DNA from: Candidatus Poribacteria bacterium
Lineage (GTDB): Bacteria; Poribacteria; WGA-4E; PCPOR2b
DNA: 64,000 nt
Assembly (NCBI GenBank): GCA_965116925.1
Contig: OZ220744.1
Coordinates: forward strand, 640,001 to 704,000
Direction of reading: 5' to 3'
In this document: positions 1 to 10,782 of the stretch, piece by piece
Layout: every line of letters begins with the position of its first letter
How positions within the stretch are numbered: the stretch's first letter is position 1
The notes under the pieces: model-generated
The model's input: the letters and a program-made list of their open reading frames with translations, nothing else
Told to the model about the DNA's origin: nothing
The model's database searches: none
Translations under genes and position numbers: made by a program

Positions 1-122
1 GTCGAGTTTCCGTAAATGCAGTCCCTCCCAGGAACAAAGGACGCGGCAAACACTCAATCACGTTAATTATTGCCACGTTGTACGATCTCGCCGAGTCCTC
101 GCAGCTTGTGAAGTAATTGATT

Positions 123-222
123 AGGATTTACGCAGCGCGTTCATAAGTCCCCCTGATAAGGGGGATTGAGGGGGTTAAAAATCAAAAATCTATCCCTTGT
201 GTGCTAAATTTGCGTAAGTCTT
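123..222. repeat. MITE-like element with imperfect terminal inverted repeats and an internal CCCCCTGATAAGGGGG palindrome
   Basis: AGGATTTACGCA (123-134) vs TGCGTAAGTCTT (211-222), 10/12 complementary; internal hairpin near 149-166. Confidence 0.55.
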
Positions 223-258
223 GTTGATTTGGGTTTATCACGCATCACGTTTCACGTT

Positions 259-1707
259 TCATTCTCCCGTATTCGCAATGGCATCTAGATAATCCTTAAC
301 CCGCTGTCGATACCGTACAGGAATCCGATCCCTTTCTATCGCCTCCGCGTAAGCCTGTCTGGCGTTGAGATAGGCTTTTCGGTGTGGCATATAAGTGAGT
401 TCCTCTTCACTGCTCGGAGCCTCTTGCGCTGAGGCGGTGGCGAATTCCTCCGAATTCGATGTGACCCCTCTCAGTTGTAGTGCTTCCGTAGGTTGCGTTT
501 CCAGAGGCATTGCTTCAACCTGAGTTCCCCGCGCCTCTCCTGTCCCAGATTCTTCCCCCGGTCCCCCATCGCTACCGGCTACCCCTCCTGTTTTACGTGC
601 CATTTCGATACCCGCCAATCCGATATTTTTTCGGCTCGCCTTAATCTCATCCAAAATTTCTTCCAACTGTGCCACATCTTTCGCCTGCTGGTCGATTTCC
701 AAAAGAGAACGGGCGATTTTCGCTAGCATCTCAGGACTAACCTCCTCTGTCCCAATCTCGTTCAGTTGCTCCACAAGATTCTTGGCAGCAGGGTTGCCCC
801 CAAGCCGTTGGGCAAGCTGTTTGAGTAGCGCGTCCAATTCCGTCCGTTCCGCCTCAGTCAGCCCGTCCATCTGATCCGCCAGTTTTTCTAGCTCTGAAGC
901 GATCTCCGCTGCATTCGCTCCACCGAGTAGGTTGGAGTTTTCGCCCAACGTGGAGATGGTTTCGATCGCCTGATCCAACTCATTTTCCGCCAGTTGGCTT
1001 TTCTGTGTCTGGACCTCTTCACGAAGCTTGCTGAGTTTCTCCTGAGCAGCTTGCACACCGGTGCGCTTATTTCGCAACCCTTTGACGGTTTCCTCAATCT
1101 GCTTGGAGAGTTCTGTTTCGTTGAGACCGCTAACTGTCCCTTCAAGTCTTGCTGCAGCTTCTTGAATAGCCATCTGCTCTGAGGGATTCGGAGGAGGGGG
1201 GATCTCATACATGCGCGGGATAAAAAACGAAAGCCCGACTAGCAACATAGGGATGGGAAACCATTTGAGGGGTCGTGGGACCGTGTAGGAGACCACAGTA
1301 GCAGGGGGGATCCCGTGGGCTGCCCGTGCAGCGTCACGAATCTGCAAAATGCCAAAATCACCTGCGTTCCTTCTGCCTATTGTTTCAAGAGCAGTGCCGA
1401 GACGTTCCTTCAGATTGAGACGCTGATCCACAAAACGTGCAACCTCAAACGGATCTATCTTCCGCAACAGACCCAAACCAACCGCGATGGCACTCGCAAC
1501 GGCGATCGGCAGAACAACTGCAAGTCCAATCGGTATCGGCAGCGGGAGAAATCGGTCAGCTACAAGCAATATTCCAGCAGTGAGAAGTCCCCAGAGGTTA
1601 AATGTAGCCAGATTCTGAAAAATGCTCTCAATCTGCATTCGGCGTTGGATAGCGGATAGTTTATTCTGGATAATTTGTTCAGGTTGATTTTGTATTGCGT
1701 TTCGCAT
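259..1707 (-). CDS. Membrane-anchored coiled-coil hypothetical protein (type often linked to MoxR/vWA loci)
   Basis: 482 aa; N-terminal TM helices, 'D..L.LKERL.TALE' motif, long helical region, C-terminal 'IP..YR..V..Y' motif. Confidence 0.6.
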   Translation of the reverse strand: MRNAIQNQPEQIIQNKLSAIQRRMQIESIFQNLATFNLWGLLTAGILLVADRFLPLPIPIGLAVVLPIAVASAIAVGLGLLRKIDPFEVARFVDQRLNLKERLGTALETIGRRNAGDFGILQIRDAARAAHGIPPATVVSYTVPRPLKWFPIPMLLVGLSFFIPRMYEIPPPPNPSEQMAIQEAAARLEGTVSGLNETELSKQIEETVKGLRNKRTGVQAAQEKLSKLREEVQTQKSQLAENELDQAIETISTLGENSNLLGGANAAEIASELEKLADQMDGLTEAERTELDALLKQLAQRLGGNPAAKNLVEQLNEIGTEEVSPEMLAKIARSLLEIDQQAKDVAQLEEILDEIKASRKNIGLAGIEMARKTGGVAGSDGGPGEESGTGEARGTQVEAMPLETQPTEALQLRGVTSNSEEFATASAQEAPSSEEELTYMPHRKAYLNARQAYAEAIERDRIPVRYRQRVKDYLDAIANTGE

Positions 1708-1879
1708 ATTCTATTAGACGAACTATCCTGCAAAATCGTTCATAGAGAGATCTGAAATTTTCTATTAGCAACAAGAACCGATGGTCTCGAATAAACCTAT
1801 AGGATAAGCACATCGTCGCAGAAAAACAATAACTTCGCATAGATCTGCCAACAATACTTTAGCAAAGGATGTATTCCAC

Positions 1880-3907
1880 GTGAAAACAAATCAACAACCC
1901 AAAAACTCTGCCAATCACGTTTCACGTTTCACGTTTCACGTTTCACAGCCTGTCCCGATTTATCGGGGCATCACGCATCACGCATCACGTTTCACGTTTC
2001 ACGTCATCTTGCTCATTGCGCTGCTTGTCGGCGGGGGCATTGGATGTTCAAGAGATCAAGCCCCCAAGCCCGGTCGCTGGGAAATCGTTCGGCGTGCAGA
2101 TTGGGAAGCACGATTCTACGATGTCTTCTTCATTGACGAGCACACCGGGTGGATAGTCGGCAATAACGCAGGAAGCACATTCGCGGAGGAACTCGACAGT
2201 GTGATTGCCCACACAACGGACGGCGGAGTGACATGGCATCCACAACAGAGCGGCGTTTACCATCCGTTGCGAAGAGTGCAATTTGTAGACCACCAAACCG
2301 GTTGGTGCGTCGGCGAAAATGGTGTCATCCTGCACACAACAGATGGTGGGGAAACGTGGGAAAAGCAGTTAGGAGCCACATATAATAACCTGTTCGATCT
2401 CCACTTCGTCTCAGCCCATGAGGGGTGGATCGTCGGCGATTTTGGGACGGTGCTATACACGCAGGATGGCGGACAGCATTGGATAGACCGATCAGAAGGG
2501 GTGGGCGACAACTCACTACGGGGTCTGTTTTTTCTCAATGCCCGTCAAGGTTGGACTGTCAGCCACCAGGGCAACGCCTACTATACACGCGATGGCGGAA
2601 AGCACTGGACGTACCAGAGAACAAATGTCCGCTACGAGTTGTCCGATGTCCACTTTGTTGATGAAAATCGTGGCTGGATCGTCGGTGACAGAAGGATAGT
2701 GCTTACCACACAGGATGGCGGCAGGAATTGGGAGTATCTAACGCGCGGTTCAAATAAACGTCATGAAGAACAGTATGGTCAGCAGCTAAGAACCGGAGAT
2801 GAGCCGCTACACACCTTCCTCCTATACGCACTCCATTTCCCCGATGCTCAGAACGGCTGGATCGTTGGCGACTTGGGTGCCATCTTGCACACCAACGATG
2901 GCGGGAGGACATGGAAGCATCAGCGTGGTGGGGCGACCCAACTGGTCGGAGCGGATGTCGTTCTACTCGGTGTCCATTTTGTCAATCCTCGGCTCGGTTG
3001 GACTGTCGGGGAGTTCGGAACTATCTGGCATACCAAGAACGGTGGAAGGACGTGGGAACTTCAATCCGCACCCAGCTATCTGCTCACAGACCTTCATTTC
3101 ATCAGCGATAAAGTTGGATATGCGGTGGGCGATCGCGGTGAGGTCCTCCGCACAGATGATGGTGGATTGCACTGGCAGTCGCAAGATAGCGGAACGATGG
3201 AATGTTTCGGATCAACACATTTTATCAGCAACAAGGTTGGGTGGAGCGTTGCGGAATGGGGAACGATTGTTCACACCACCGATGGTGGCAAAACGTGGTT
3301 ACAGCAGGAGGCGAATACGGAAAATGACCTGCTCGGTGTCTCCTTCGTTGATTCACAGCACGGATGGGCAATCGGCCACAGTGGGGAGATTTTGCACACC
3401 GCAGATAGCGGTAAAACGTGGACGAAACAGCGCAGCGGCGTCAACCGTCATCTCTTTGGTGTTCACTTCATTGACACTCAAACCGGATGGGTTGTAGGGC
3501 AGGGCGGCGTGATCTTACACACACGGAACGGCGGCAAAAAGTGGGAGGTACAAACCCAACTCGGAGAGGTATGGCTGTCAGGGGTTTTCTTTACAGACCA
3601 TCTAAACGGGTGGGTCGTTGGGATTGATGGGTTGGTTATCCACACAACCGATGGGGGACGCACATGGAAACGTCAAAAGAGCTACGTGGACAGTTTCCTT
3701 AATAGTGTCTTCTTTCTCAACCCGAACCTCGGTTGGGCAGTCGGCGGTGAAGGCACAGTTATCCGTACCCTTGATGGTGGCGAGAACTGGCGGCCCCAAA
3801 GGTGCGAAAGCCACTATAATCTGAACTCAATTTATATGACGGACGCTGAAAATGGTTGGATTGTCGGTGATCTTGGGGTCATGTTGAGATATGTGGTTGA
3901 TGATTAG
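1880..3907 (+). CDS. YCF48/BNR(Asp-box)-repeat beta-propeller lipoprotein
   Basis: Many 'F.D...GW.VG..G.ILHT.DGG.TW' repeats; hydrophobic stretch ending GIGC; SD AAAGGA before the GTG. Confidence 0.85.
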   Translation: MKTNQQPKNSANHVSRFTFHVSQPVPIYRGITHHASRFTFHVILLIALLVGGGIGCSRDQAPKPGRWEIVRRADWEARFYDVFFIDEHTGWIVGNNAGSTFAEELDSVIAHTTDGGVTWHPQQSGVYHPLRRVQFVDHQTGWCVGENGVILHTTDGGETWEKQLGATYNNLFDLHFVSAHEGWIVGDFGTVLYTQDGGQHWIDRSEGVGDNSLRGLFFLNARQGWTVSHQGNAYYTRDGGKHWTYQRTNVRYELSDVHFVDENRGWIVGDRRIVLTTQDGGRNWEYLTRGSNKRHEEQYGQQLRTGDEPLHTFLLYALHFPDAQNGWIVGDLGAILHTNDGGRTWKHQRGGATQLVGADVVLLGVHFVNPRLGWTVGEFGTIWHTKNGGRTWELQSAPSYLLTDLHFISDKVGYAVGDRGEVLRTDDGGLHWQSQDSGTMECFGSTHFISNKVGWSVAEWGTIVHTTDGGKTWLQQEANTENDLLGVSFVDSQHGWAIGHSGEILHTADSGKTWTKQRSGVNRHLFGVHFIDTQTGWVVGQGGVILHTRNGGKKWEVQTQLGEVWLSGVFFTDHLNGWVVGIDGLVIHTTDGGRTWKRQKSYVDSFLNSVFFLNPNLGWAVGGEGTVIRTLDGGENWRPQRCESHYNLNSIYMTDAENGWIVGDLGVMLRYVVDD

Positions 3908-4047
3908 GCAGTGCGTAGGTTAGGTTGAGCGGGAATCGTGAAACCCAACACCCAATTCTGTAGGAGGGAATTCCGATTCCCGACTATTACTAATTTGGTT
4001 CATTGGTTCACTAGTTCATTAATGAACCAATGAACTCTTGAACGTTA

Positions 4048-4830
4048 CTAGACAACCGCCGATAATCCCCCATCAATATTGATTGCTGTCCCTGTTATGT
4101 ACGAAGCCCGATCCGAGACGAGGAAAGCCACGAGATCACCGACCTCTGTCGGTTCGCCCAAGCGGCCGAGCGGATGCTCTGCTCCCCTTGCTTCCCAATA
4201 CTCCTCAATCGTGCCGGGCGAGCCATCCGCCTTCCAAGAACGTTCGCCCTGCGCGCTCTTGATCGAGGTCAAGCAAACCGTGTTGACGAGAATCTTGTCG
4301 GCGAGCAACTCTTTGGAGAGTGCTTTCGTCATCGCAATGCCCGCCGCACGACTGACAGAGGTCGGAACAGAACCGGCGTCCGGCTGTTTGCCGCCGGGGT
4401 GGGTGATATTGATAATCCGTCCCCCTCCCGTGGGTCTCATATGAGGAATAGCCAACCGGGCACAGCGTACCGCTCCCATCAGTTTGAGATCCAGATCTTC
4501 GTACCATTCTGCATCGGTGACCTGTTCAAAATTTCCGCCCGCAGACTTTCCGGCGTTGTTGACAAGAATATCGATCTTTCCATACGTATCAACCGTTTGG
4601 TTGATGAAATTTTCAAGGGTTCCGGCGATTGTCACATCGGCAGCGACTGCGAGCACTTCACCGCCCGTTGCGTCCTTAATCTCTTGTGCTGCCTCTTCTA
4701 AAACATCTTCACGACGAGCGCAGATGGCGACCTTCGCGCCCTCTTCGCAGAGTCGTTGGGCGACGCCTTTGCCAATGCCTTCACTGCCGCCTGTGATAAC
4801 GGCAACCTTTCCTGTCAATCCTAGATCCAT
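4048..4830 (-). CDS. Short-chain dehydrogenase/reductase (SDR)
   Basis: TGGSEGIG, NNAG and IDGG motifs. Confidence 0.9.
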   Translation of the reverse strand: MDLGLTGKVAVITGGSEGIGKGVAQRLCEEGAKVAICARREDVLEEAAQEIKDATGGEVLAVAADVTIAGTLENFINQTVDTYGKIDILVNNAGKSAGGNFEQVTDAEWYEDLDLKLMGAVRCARLAIPHMRPTGGGRIINITHPGGKQPDAGSVPTSVSRAAGIAMTKALSKELLADKILVNTVCLTSIKSAQGERSWKADGSPGTIEEYWEARGAEHPLGRLGEPTEVGDLVAFLVSDRASYITGTAINIDGGLSAVV

Positions 4831-4903
4831 AGTAACCTCCTATAATTGGGTTAGGGGGTCGCACGGTAAATCGTCCGATTTACACACGCTCACCCGATGT
4901 ATC

Positions 4904-7393
4904 TCAATTGGAACTTTTCTCGTAACTGTTCACCCAGAGCGGGATTGTTGCGGTTGACGGCGGGGTGCACCGATGTGCATCACACGCCTGATAGCGAACA
5001 TCTATCTTCAACGGAAACGCATTTTCGATTGTTTCACCCGGCTTCAACCTCAATTTCATTTTAACTGTGACATTTCCTTCATAGACGGAAATTGGTGCCT
5101 CGCTGAAACCCGCGTGGAATGGCTTCCCTTCGGGATATGTAACCGACAGGATTTCGGCGGAAGCATCGGGACTGACGGACACCGTTGTAGGAATCAGCAG
5201 ATCCAACGACGAGGGATTGGTGTTGATATGCCACCCTTCAGCGAGTTCAATCTTCACCTCCACATCAAATGCGTTTCCGGGAAAGATGTCATCTGTCGAG
5301 GGGATGGAAGCTGCAAGCGTCAACAGTTCGTCCTCTGAAGGTAAATCCACTGGGGCTTTTGGCAGTCCAAAGAAGTTAATCTCGCTCGTTTCTGCTGTGT
5401 TCAAGCCAAATTGATTTGACTGTTTCTGATATGTCGTCTTGATTTTGGTCCAATCCGTCGAAAGATAGCGATTAGTGGCAAAAAGCATGTGCATGAAAGC
5501 GCCGGGCGACTGTCCCATCATGCCCGCGAAGTTTTGAAGCGTCTTTTCTGCTTTATCCAGATAATCCTTTTTGCCAAAGTGTTGGGCGATGGTGAGCAGG
5601 TTATTGACTGCTACAGCATTCCCCGATGGGAGGGCAGAGTCATACGGATTCTTGGTGCGTACAACCAGATGTTTTTGGTTGGCAAGCGTGAAGTAAAAAC
5701 CACCGTTTTTGTCGTCCCAAAACAGCTGGTTCATTGTGTCGGTTAAGGACTTTGCTTCAGCCAACCAAGTTTCCTCGCCCGTTGCCTGATGCAAACCGAG
5801 CAAACCACGAACAAGAAAGGCGTAATCGTCGAGGTAGCCGTTGTATTTGGCGACACCCTCCCTATAGGTCCGCATCAGTTGTCCATCGGTTGTTCGGAGA
5901 TGTTTCAGGTTAAATCGGGCAGCTTTTTCTGCCACATCACGATACCGTTGATCGTCGAGCACTTCGTAGCCGTAGGCAAACGCATCAATCATTAAGCCGT
6001 TCCAGCTTGTTATCACTTTCGTATCGAGCAGAGGTTGCTTCCTTTGATCCCGCGCCGCGAGCAGTTTTTCCTTGAGCGGTTCAAGTTGGTTGTGAAGGTC
6101 GTCCTCCGACTTTTTGAGCGATTTCGCTACACTTGAAAGTGGGACGGGAAGGTAAAGAATATTGGTCCCGCCTTCAAAGTTGGGCCCTTCCTCCACCCCA
6201 TAAACCTGCATGAATAGCTTGGCAGCCTTTTTCCCAAGGACCTCTTGAATCTGTTCTTTTGTCCAGATGTAGGATTTGCCCTCCTCGGCATCCACTTCCG
6301 CATCGAGTGCCGAATAGAAACCGCCCTCCGCAGATGTCATCTCTCGCGAAACGAACCTGAAAATCTCCTCAGCAACCCGTCGGTGAAGCGGATTTTTTGT
6401 GAGTTGATAGGTTTGCAGGTAGACTTTCGCAAGTAGGGCATTGTCATACAGCATCTTCTCAAAATGTGGTACGAGCCATTTGGCATCAACCGAGTAACGG
6501 TGGAAACCGCCACCAATCTGATCGTACATCCCGCCATACGCCATCTTGTCGAGGGTGTTGGTGACCATCTCAAGAGTCGATTTGGAAGATTCACGTTGAT
6601 ACTCGCTCAACAACAATTCCAGATTTGTGGGGCTCGGAAACTTTGGCGCGCCACCGAAGCCTCCGTATGTAGCATCGTACCTCGATTGAAGTGATTTCAC
6701 CGCTGCTGAAATTAGCTTCCTATCCAGCGGCGTTTTCTCGACGGAAGCTGGGGCGGCAGCCGTCGCCTGTATGATGACTTCCGTTATCTTCTCCGCCTGT
6801 GCAATAACCTCCGCCTGTTGATTCGTCCACACCTCATGAAGTGCGTTCAGGACTCTCGGAAAGCCGGGACGACCCCGACTATCCTCCGGTGGGAAGTAGG
6901 TGCCTCCGAAAAAGGGAAGAAGGTCAGGCGTCAAAAAAACGGAGTTGGGCCAACCGCCAGAACCCGTCATGATTTGGGTGGCGGTCATGTAAATCTCATC
7001 TATATCCGGGCGTTCTTCCCGGTCTACCTTGATGTTAATAAACAGGGCATTCATCAGATCGGCTATCTCTGGATCTGAGAACACCTTCCGTTCCATGACA
7101 TGACACCAATAGCAGGTGGAGTAACCCACAGACAGGAAAATCGGTCTGTTCTCAGTCTTTGCCCGGTCCAACGCCTCAGGACCCCACGGATACCAGTCAA
7201 CCGGATTCTGGGCGTGTAGAAGCAGGTAAGGGCTTGTTTCACCGATAAGGGCATTTGTCCACTTCCAGGTCCCATCGGGGTTCTTGAGAGCTGCCTCATG
7301 TGGATGCGAATCCTCAGCAGCATAGACCGTGCCATCAAAACTGCTTCCAATGATACAGAAATACGCGAGGGAGAAAATTAGGATCAATCGCAT
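4904..7393 (-). CDS. YyaL/SSP411-type thioredoxin-domain protein (DUF255 plus six-hairpin glycosidase-like) with signal peptide and C-terminal DsbD-N-like domain
   Basis: [36 protein letters not shown]; tail 'GWHIN..P' ... 'YQACD...C.PP'. Confidence 0.88.
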   Translation of the reverse strand: MRLILIFSLAYFCIIGSSFDGTVYAAEDSHPHEAALKNPDGTWKWTNALIGETSPYLLLHAQNPVDWYPWGPEALDRAKTENRPIFLSVGYSTCYWCHVMERKVFSDPEIADLMNALFINIKVDREERPDIDEIYMTATQIMTGSGGWPNSVFLTPDLLPFFGGTYFPPEDSRGRPGFPRVLNALHEVWTNQQAEVIAQAEKITEVIIQATAAAPASVEKTPLDRKLISAAVKSLQSRYDATYGGFGGAPKFPSPTNLELLLSEYQRESSKSTLEMVTNTLDKMAYGGMYDQIGGGFHRYSVDAKWLVPHFEKMLYDNALLAKVYLQTYQLTKNPLHRRVAEEIFRFVSREMTSAEGGFYSALDAEVDAEEGKSYIWTKEQIQEVLGKKAAKLFMQVYGVEEGPNFEGGTNILYLPVPLSSVAKSLKKSEDDLHNQLEPLKEKLLAARDQRKQPLLDTKVITSWNGLMIDAFAYGYEVLDDQRYRDVAEKAARFNLKHLRTTDGQLMRTYREGVAKYNGYLDDYAFLVRGLLGLHQATGEETWLAEAKSLTDTMNQLFWDDKNGGFYFTLANQKHLVVRTKNPYDSALPSGNAVAVNNLLTIAQHFGKKDYLDKAEKTLQNFAGMMGQSPGAFMHMLFATNRYLSTDWTKIKTTYQKQSNQFGLNTAETSEINFFGLPKAPVDLPSEDELLTLAASIPSTDDIFPGNAFDVEVKIELAEGWHINTNPSSLDLLIPTTVSVSPDASAEILSVTYPEGKPFHAGFSEAPISVYEGNVTVKMKLRLKPGETIENAFPLKIDVRYQACDAHRCTPPSTATIPLWVNSYEKSSN

Positions 7394-7477
7394 ACCAACG
7401 TCTCCTCACTTTTAATCTCAGCACATCAAAACAACGGGAAAAATGGGAAATTTTCCCGTTTTCTTTCGATCTCATCT

Positions 7478-8617
7478 TCACAGATCCAGGATAGAACCAT
7501 CGACATCGAAAGCGTCCCATTTCCCGCGTGACGGATCTCCTGAAAGCGAACGGATATAATCTTCGTTCAGTGAAACACCCCACCCCGGTCCTTGCGGCAC
7601 TTGCAGATGTCCATTAACCGGCTTCTCTTCAAATCCAACGATGAGGTTCTTCCGCTCCGGATTATTTCCGTTCGGGACTTCTTGAATAAGGAAGTTTGGC
7701 ACGACGGTATCTAAGTGCAGGCAGATCACTGTTGATAGGGGACTCAGCGGATTGTGCGGTGCGATCGTGGCAAAAAAGGCATCTGCCATCGCTGCAATTT
7801 TGAACGCTTCCATGATGCCGCCACAGGTGCAGATATCCGGTTGGACAACATCCACCGCGCCTTTGACGAGATACTCGCGGAAAGGATAACGCGTATAGAG
7901 TCGCTCGCCGGTGGCGATTGGAACCCCCGCATCCCGACGCAGCGTTGCCATCGCATCGACCGATTCCGGGAGCACCGCCTCCTCGAAAAAGAGGATGCCG
8001 TAAGGTTCAATCCGTTTCGCCATCTCCATTGCGTTGACGGGGTTCAGGCGACCGTGACCATCAATTGCGATCGGGACCTCGGCACCGACCGCTTCGCGTA
8101 CCGCTTTGACTATTGCTTCCACTTTTTTACCGTGAGCGAGACTAAAGGCGGGGCCCGTCGGATCAAATGGCGTAAATTTCAGTCCGCCCCAACCATCTTC
8201 AATGCGTTGTACAGCCGCCGCCGCCCAAGATTCTGGCGTACCCCCACCAATCCAGCAGTAAACCTTCATCTTGTGCCGATACATGCCGCCTATCAACTCG
8301 TACACCGGGACGTTCAAGGCTTTACCCTTGATGTCCCAGAGCGCGTGCTCAATGCCGGACAGCGCACCGATAAGCACCGGACCGCCCCGCCAGAAAGCGT
8401 TGCGATAGATCATCTGCCAGATCTTCTCGATCTGAAATGGATCTTCACCAATCAGTACATTTTCAACATCTCGCAATGCGCCCACCAATGCGCCCTCTTT
8501 CCCTGAACAGGACGCTTCACCGATACCGATAATACCTTCATCGGTGTGCAGCTTGACATAAATATACGCCCGCCCCTGAAATGGTGCGGGGAGAATTTCG
8601 AGTTGTGTAATTTTCAT
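7478..8617 (-). CDS. Mandelate racemase/galactonate dehydratase-like enolase-superfamily enzyme
   Basis: ALWDIKGK, D.HGR, EE, GER, QPD and APHNP motifs. Confidence 0.88.
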   Translation of the reverse strand: MKITQLEILPAPFQGRAYIYVKLHTDEGIIGIGEASCSGKEGALVGALRDVENVLIGEDPFQIEKIWQMIYRNAFWRGGPVLIGALSGIEHALWDIKGKALNVPVYELIGGMYRHKMKVYCWIGGGTPESWAAAAVQRIEDGWGGLKFTPFDPTGPAFSLAHGKKVEAIVKAVREAVGAEVPIAIDGHGRLNPVNAMEMAKRIEPYGILFFEEAVLPESVDAMATLRRDAGVPIATGERLYTRYPFREYLVKGAVDVVQPDICTCGGIMEAFKIAAMADAFFATIAPHNPLSPLSTVICLHLDTVVPNFLIQEVPNGNNPERKNLIVGFEEKPVNGHLQVPQGPGWGVSLNEDYIRSLSGDPSRGKWDAFDVDGSILDL

Positions 8618-8673
8618 GTCGTTTTAATCCTTTATCTATAAATTCAAATTAGTAGGCCGTTCAGGCTTTTGCT

Positions 8674-8703
8674 TTGACAACCTTGTTAAAACTTCAGTAT
8701 GAT
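8674..8703 (+). promoter_or_regulatory. Sigma-70 promoter upstream of the aquaporin gene
   Basis: TTGACA-N18-TATGAT. Confidence 0.55.
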
Positions 8704-8774
8704 AAGATGTCCCTGCTGCAATGGGACGATTGGAATAAGCATTAGATTAACAGCAATACGAAAGGAGGTTTTAA

Positions 8775-9467
8775 GTGGCATCAAAGCAAGCAGAATATGC
8801 GATAGGTTCTCAAATTCTGAGCGAGTATTTGGGATCGCTGTTCCTCGTCATGGCAGCGATCGCGCCAATTATCCTCTTCCATCAAGTACTAGAAGCCGGG
8901 ATCGGCATGGCGGTCCTAGCCGATGCGCTTGCTGTTGGGCTTATTCTTTTCGCCCTTATTGAGATATTTGGCCCCATCAGTGGTGCCCATTTCAATCCCG
9001 CGGTAAGCCTTGCAATGGTACTAGGGGGTAAAATCGGTTGGAGACAGACGTTAATCTATATTTTAGCACAGATCGCCGGTGGATTGACAGGAACAATTTT
9101 TTCGCATCTGATGTTCTATCATAAAATTCCCGAACTGATCACTATTTCTGAAGTGGCACGCCCGGGAGGGAACTATTTTGCCGAGATTCTCGGCACCTTT
9201 ATCCTCGTTCTCACTATTTTCCTTTTGGTACACCACCAATCGGATAAACTCGCCTTGGTGGTTGGCATGTTGGTTGGAGGACAGTTGATCGCGACATCAA
9301 GTACCATGTTCGCCAACCCGCAAGTCACCTTTGCACGGATGTTCACCTACTCGGCAGCGGGTGTAATGCCCGTTGATGGAGCGGTGTTTATCCTGATGCA
9401 GATTATTGGCGCAGTGCTTGCCGTGTTGATTTTCAAAGCGGTGACGCAGAGACGAGGCGAAGAGTAA
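8775..9467 (+). CDS. MIP family channel (aquaporin, AqpS-like)
   Basis: ISGAHFNPAVS; second loop FANPQVT; six TM segments; SD AAGGAGG. Confidence 0.88.
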   Translation: MASKQAEYAIGSQILSEYLGSLFLVMAAIAPIILFHQVLEAGIGMAVLADALAVGLILFALIEIFGPISGAHFNPAVSLAMVLGGKIGWRQTLIYILAQIAGGLTGTIFSHLMFYHKIPELITISEVARPGGNYFAEILGTFILVLTIFLLVHHQSDKLALVVGMLVGGQLIATSSTMFANPQVTFARMFTYSAAGVMPVDGAVFILMQIIGAVLAVLIFKAVTQRRGEE

Positions 9468-9482
9468 CGAATTTCTACTGCT

Positions 9483-10679
9483 TTAACTATCCGCCGCATC
9501 CGGAGGCCAAGGATCTAATGTCGATCCACTCGGTTCCGGTCCCGTTGGGCGGATCGGCAGCTGCTCATAAGAACGATAAGAGAGATCTGCCAAGTGTGGT
9601 GTTTCGAGGCGGATATGTCCCTCATATCTTGAGCGCATCGCTGCGTCCAGAACGCCGGTCGTCAACAATGTCCGCTCGACAGGATATTGAGGCACACCTG
9701 TGAGGAACATCTCTTCGATGTTTAAGCTGAGATAGCTAAAATGTGCATGAGGTCCCCCGCCTTGTAGACGAAACTGGGCACCTTGGATCTCGTCGTTAAT
9801 CTGCCCCGCATAGGCGAAGTCACTGATGTAACCGTTCAGCATCAACATCGCTGACCTAAACCCATCACTGTGTTCGAGCAGGAAAACAGCGGGATTCTCG
9901 CAATGGTCTTGAGGTCCCCCTTCAGGTTTGTCGGGGATTGGCGCACATGCAGCATCCGCCAATTCGGGGGACCAACGCCCCTCCTCCCCTGCTTGCCAGA
10001 CCGCTTCCCCTTCCAAGCATTGGACGGCAACCACACCGGACTCACCACCGGCACGCCGCTCAATCATACACTGTAACGTCTCCAAGGCGTGGAAACCGTA
10101 GGACTCGATACCGCCATAGCCTATCCCGATTGCAGCCTCTAGCGGGGTATCAAGGTTATACTCAGCGAACGGATTCCGCCAACAGGTCGGCAGGGATGAA
10201 CCCGCCATAAAGGGAACATTGAGCCCCTTGGCGCGGTCATACATCCATTTAGCATCCGTCCAATTGTACGAAAGATGTTTGTCGCAGAAAACGGGGACTG
10301 AACGCCCACTCGACGCAAAGACGCCACAGATCTGCTCAAACAGATAACGGCGCGGATACATATGCTGCTCAAGTTCATTGTACGGATAATCGCCGTGCTC
10401 ACCAATCAGAAGGACACCATCAACCGCGAGTTCATTTCCACCAAGCGTCAACGCCTGACGGATACTCGGATAGATCGGGACATTGTGTGATGATGCTAGC
10501 TCACGTCCGATGTCCCGTGGGTCGATCTGATCCAGATAGATTGAAACCAGATCGACACGTGGCTGCCGAAGCCCCTCGTCGGTCGGAAATCCCTTCATAT
10601 ACTTTGTGGCAATTACATCTGCGTGAGAGAGTGGAAAGTATGTAGTAATGATGGCTGCTATCTTCTTGCGCTCAGACAT
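9483..10679 (-). CDS. Conserved hypothetical protein, Gfo/Idh/MocA-like oxidoreductase fold
   Basis: 'VDGVLLIGEHGDYP', 'VF.DKHL', 'MAGSSLP', 'YGFHALE' motifs. Confidence 0.65.
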   Translation of the reverse strand: MSERKKIAAIITTYFPLSHADVIATKYMKGFPTDEGLRQPRVDLVSIYLDQIDPRDIGRELASSHNVPIYPSIRQALTLGGNELAVDGVLLIGEHGDYPYNELEQHMYPRRYLFEQICGVFASSGRSVPVFCDKHLSYNWTDAKWMYDRAKGLNVPFMAGSSLPTCWRNPFAEYNLDTPLEAAIGIGYGGIESYGFHALETLQCMIERRAGGESGVVAVQCLEGEAVWQAGEEGRWSPELADAACAPIPDKPEGGPQDHCENPAVFLLEHSDGFRSAMLMLNGYISDFAYAGQINDEIQGAQFRLQGGGPHAHFSYLSLNIEEMFLTGVPQYPVERTLLTTGVLDAAMRSRYEGHIRLETPHLADLSYRSYEQLPIRPTGPEPSGSTLDPWPPDAADS

Positions 10680-10782
10680 TGCGGTGCCCTTTCATTCAAA
10701 AGTGAAGTGTTAGATTTAGGTGAACAGCATGAAATAATGTGCTATAATATCACACGGACTGACATAATCCGGGGAGGCTGAC

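Noticed and set aside
1..116. Possible 3' end of a CDS at the window start
   Set aside because: Short open frames exist but there is no recognisable motif, so frame and strand cannot be supported.
7754..8506. Long antisense or alternate-frame ORFs (e.g. 7754-8506, 2799-3497, 25558-26217, 50318-50887, 58182-58460)
   Set aside because: They shadow well-supported genes or repeat DNA and show no recognisable motifs.
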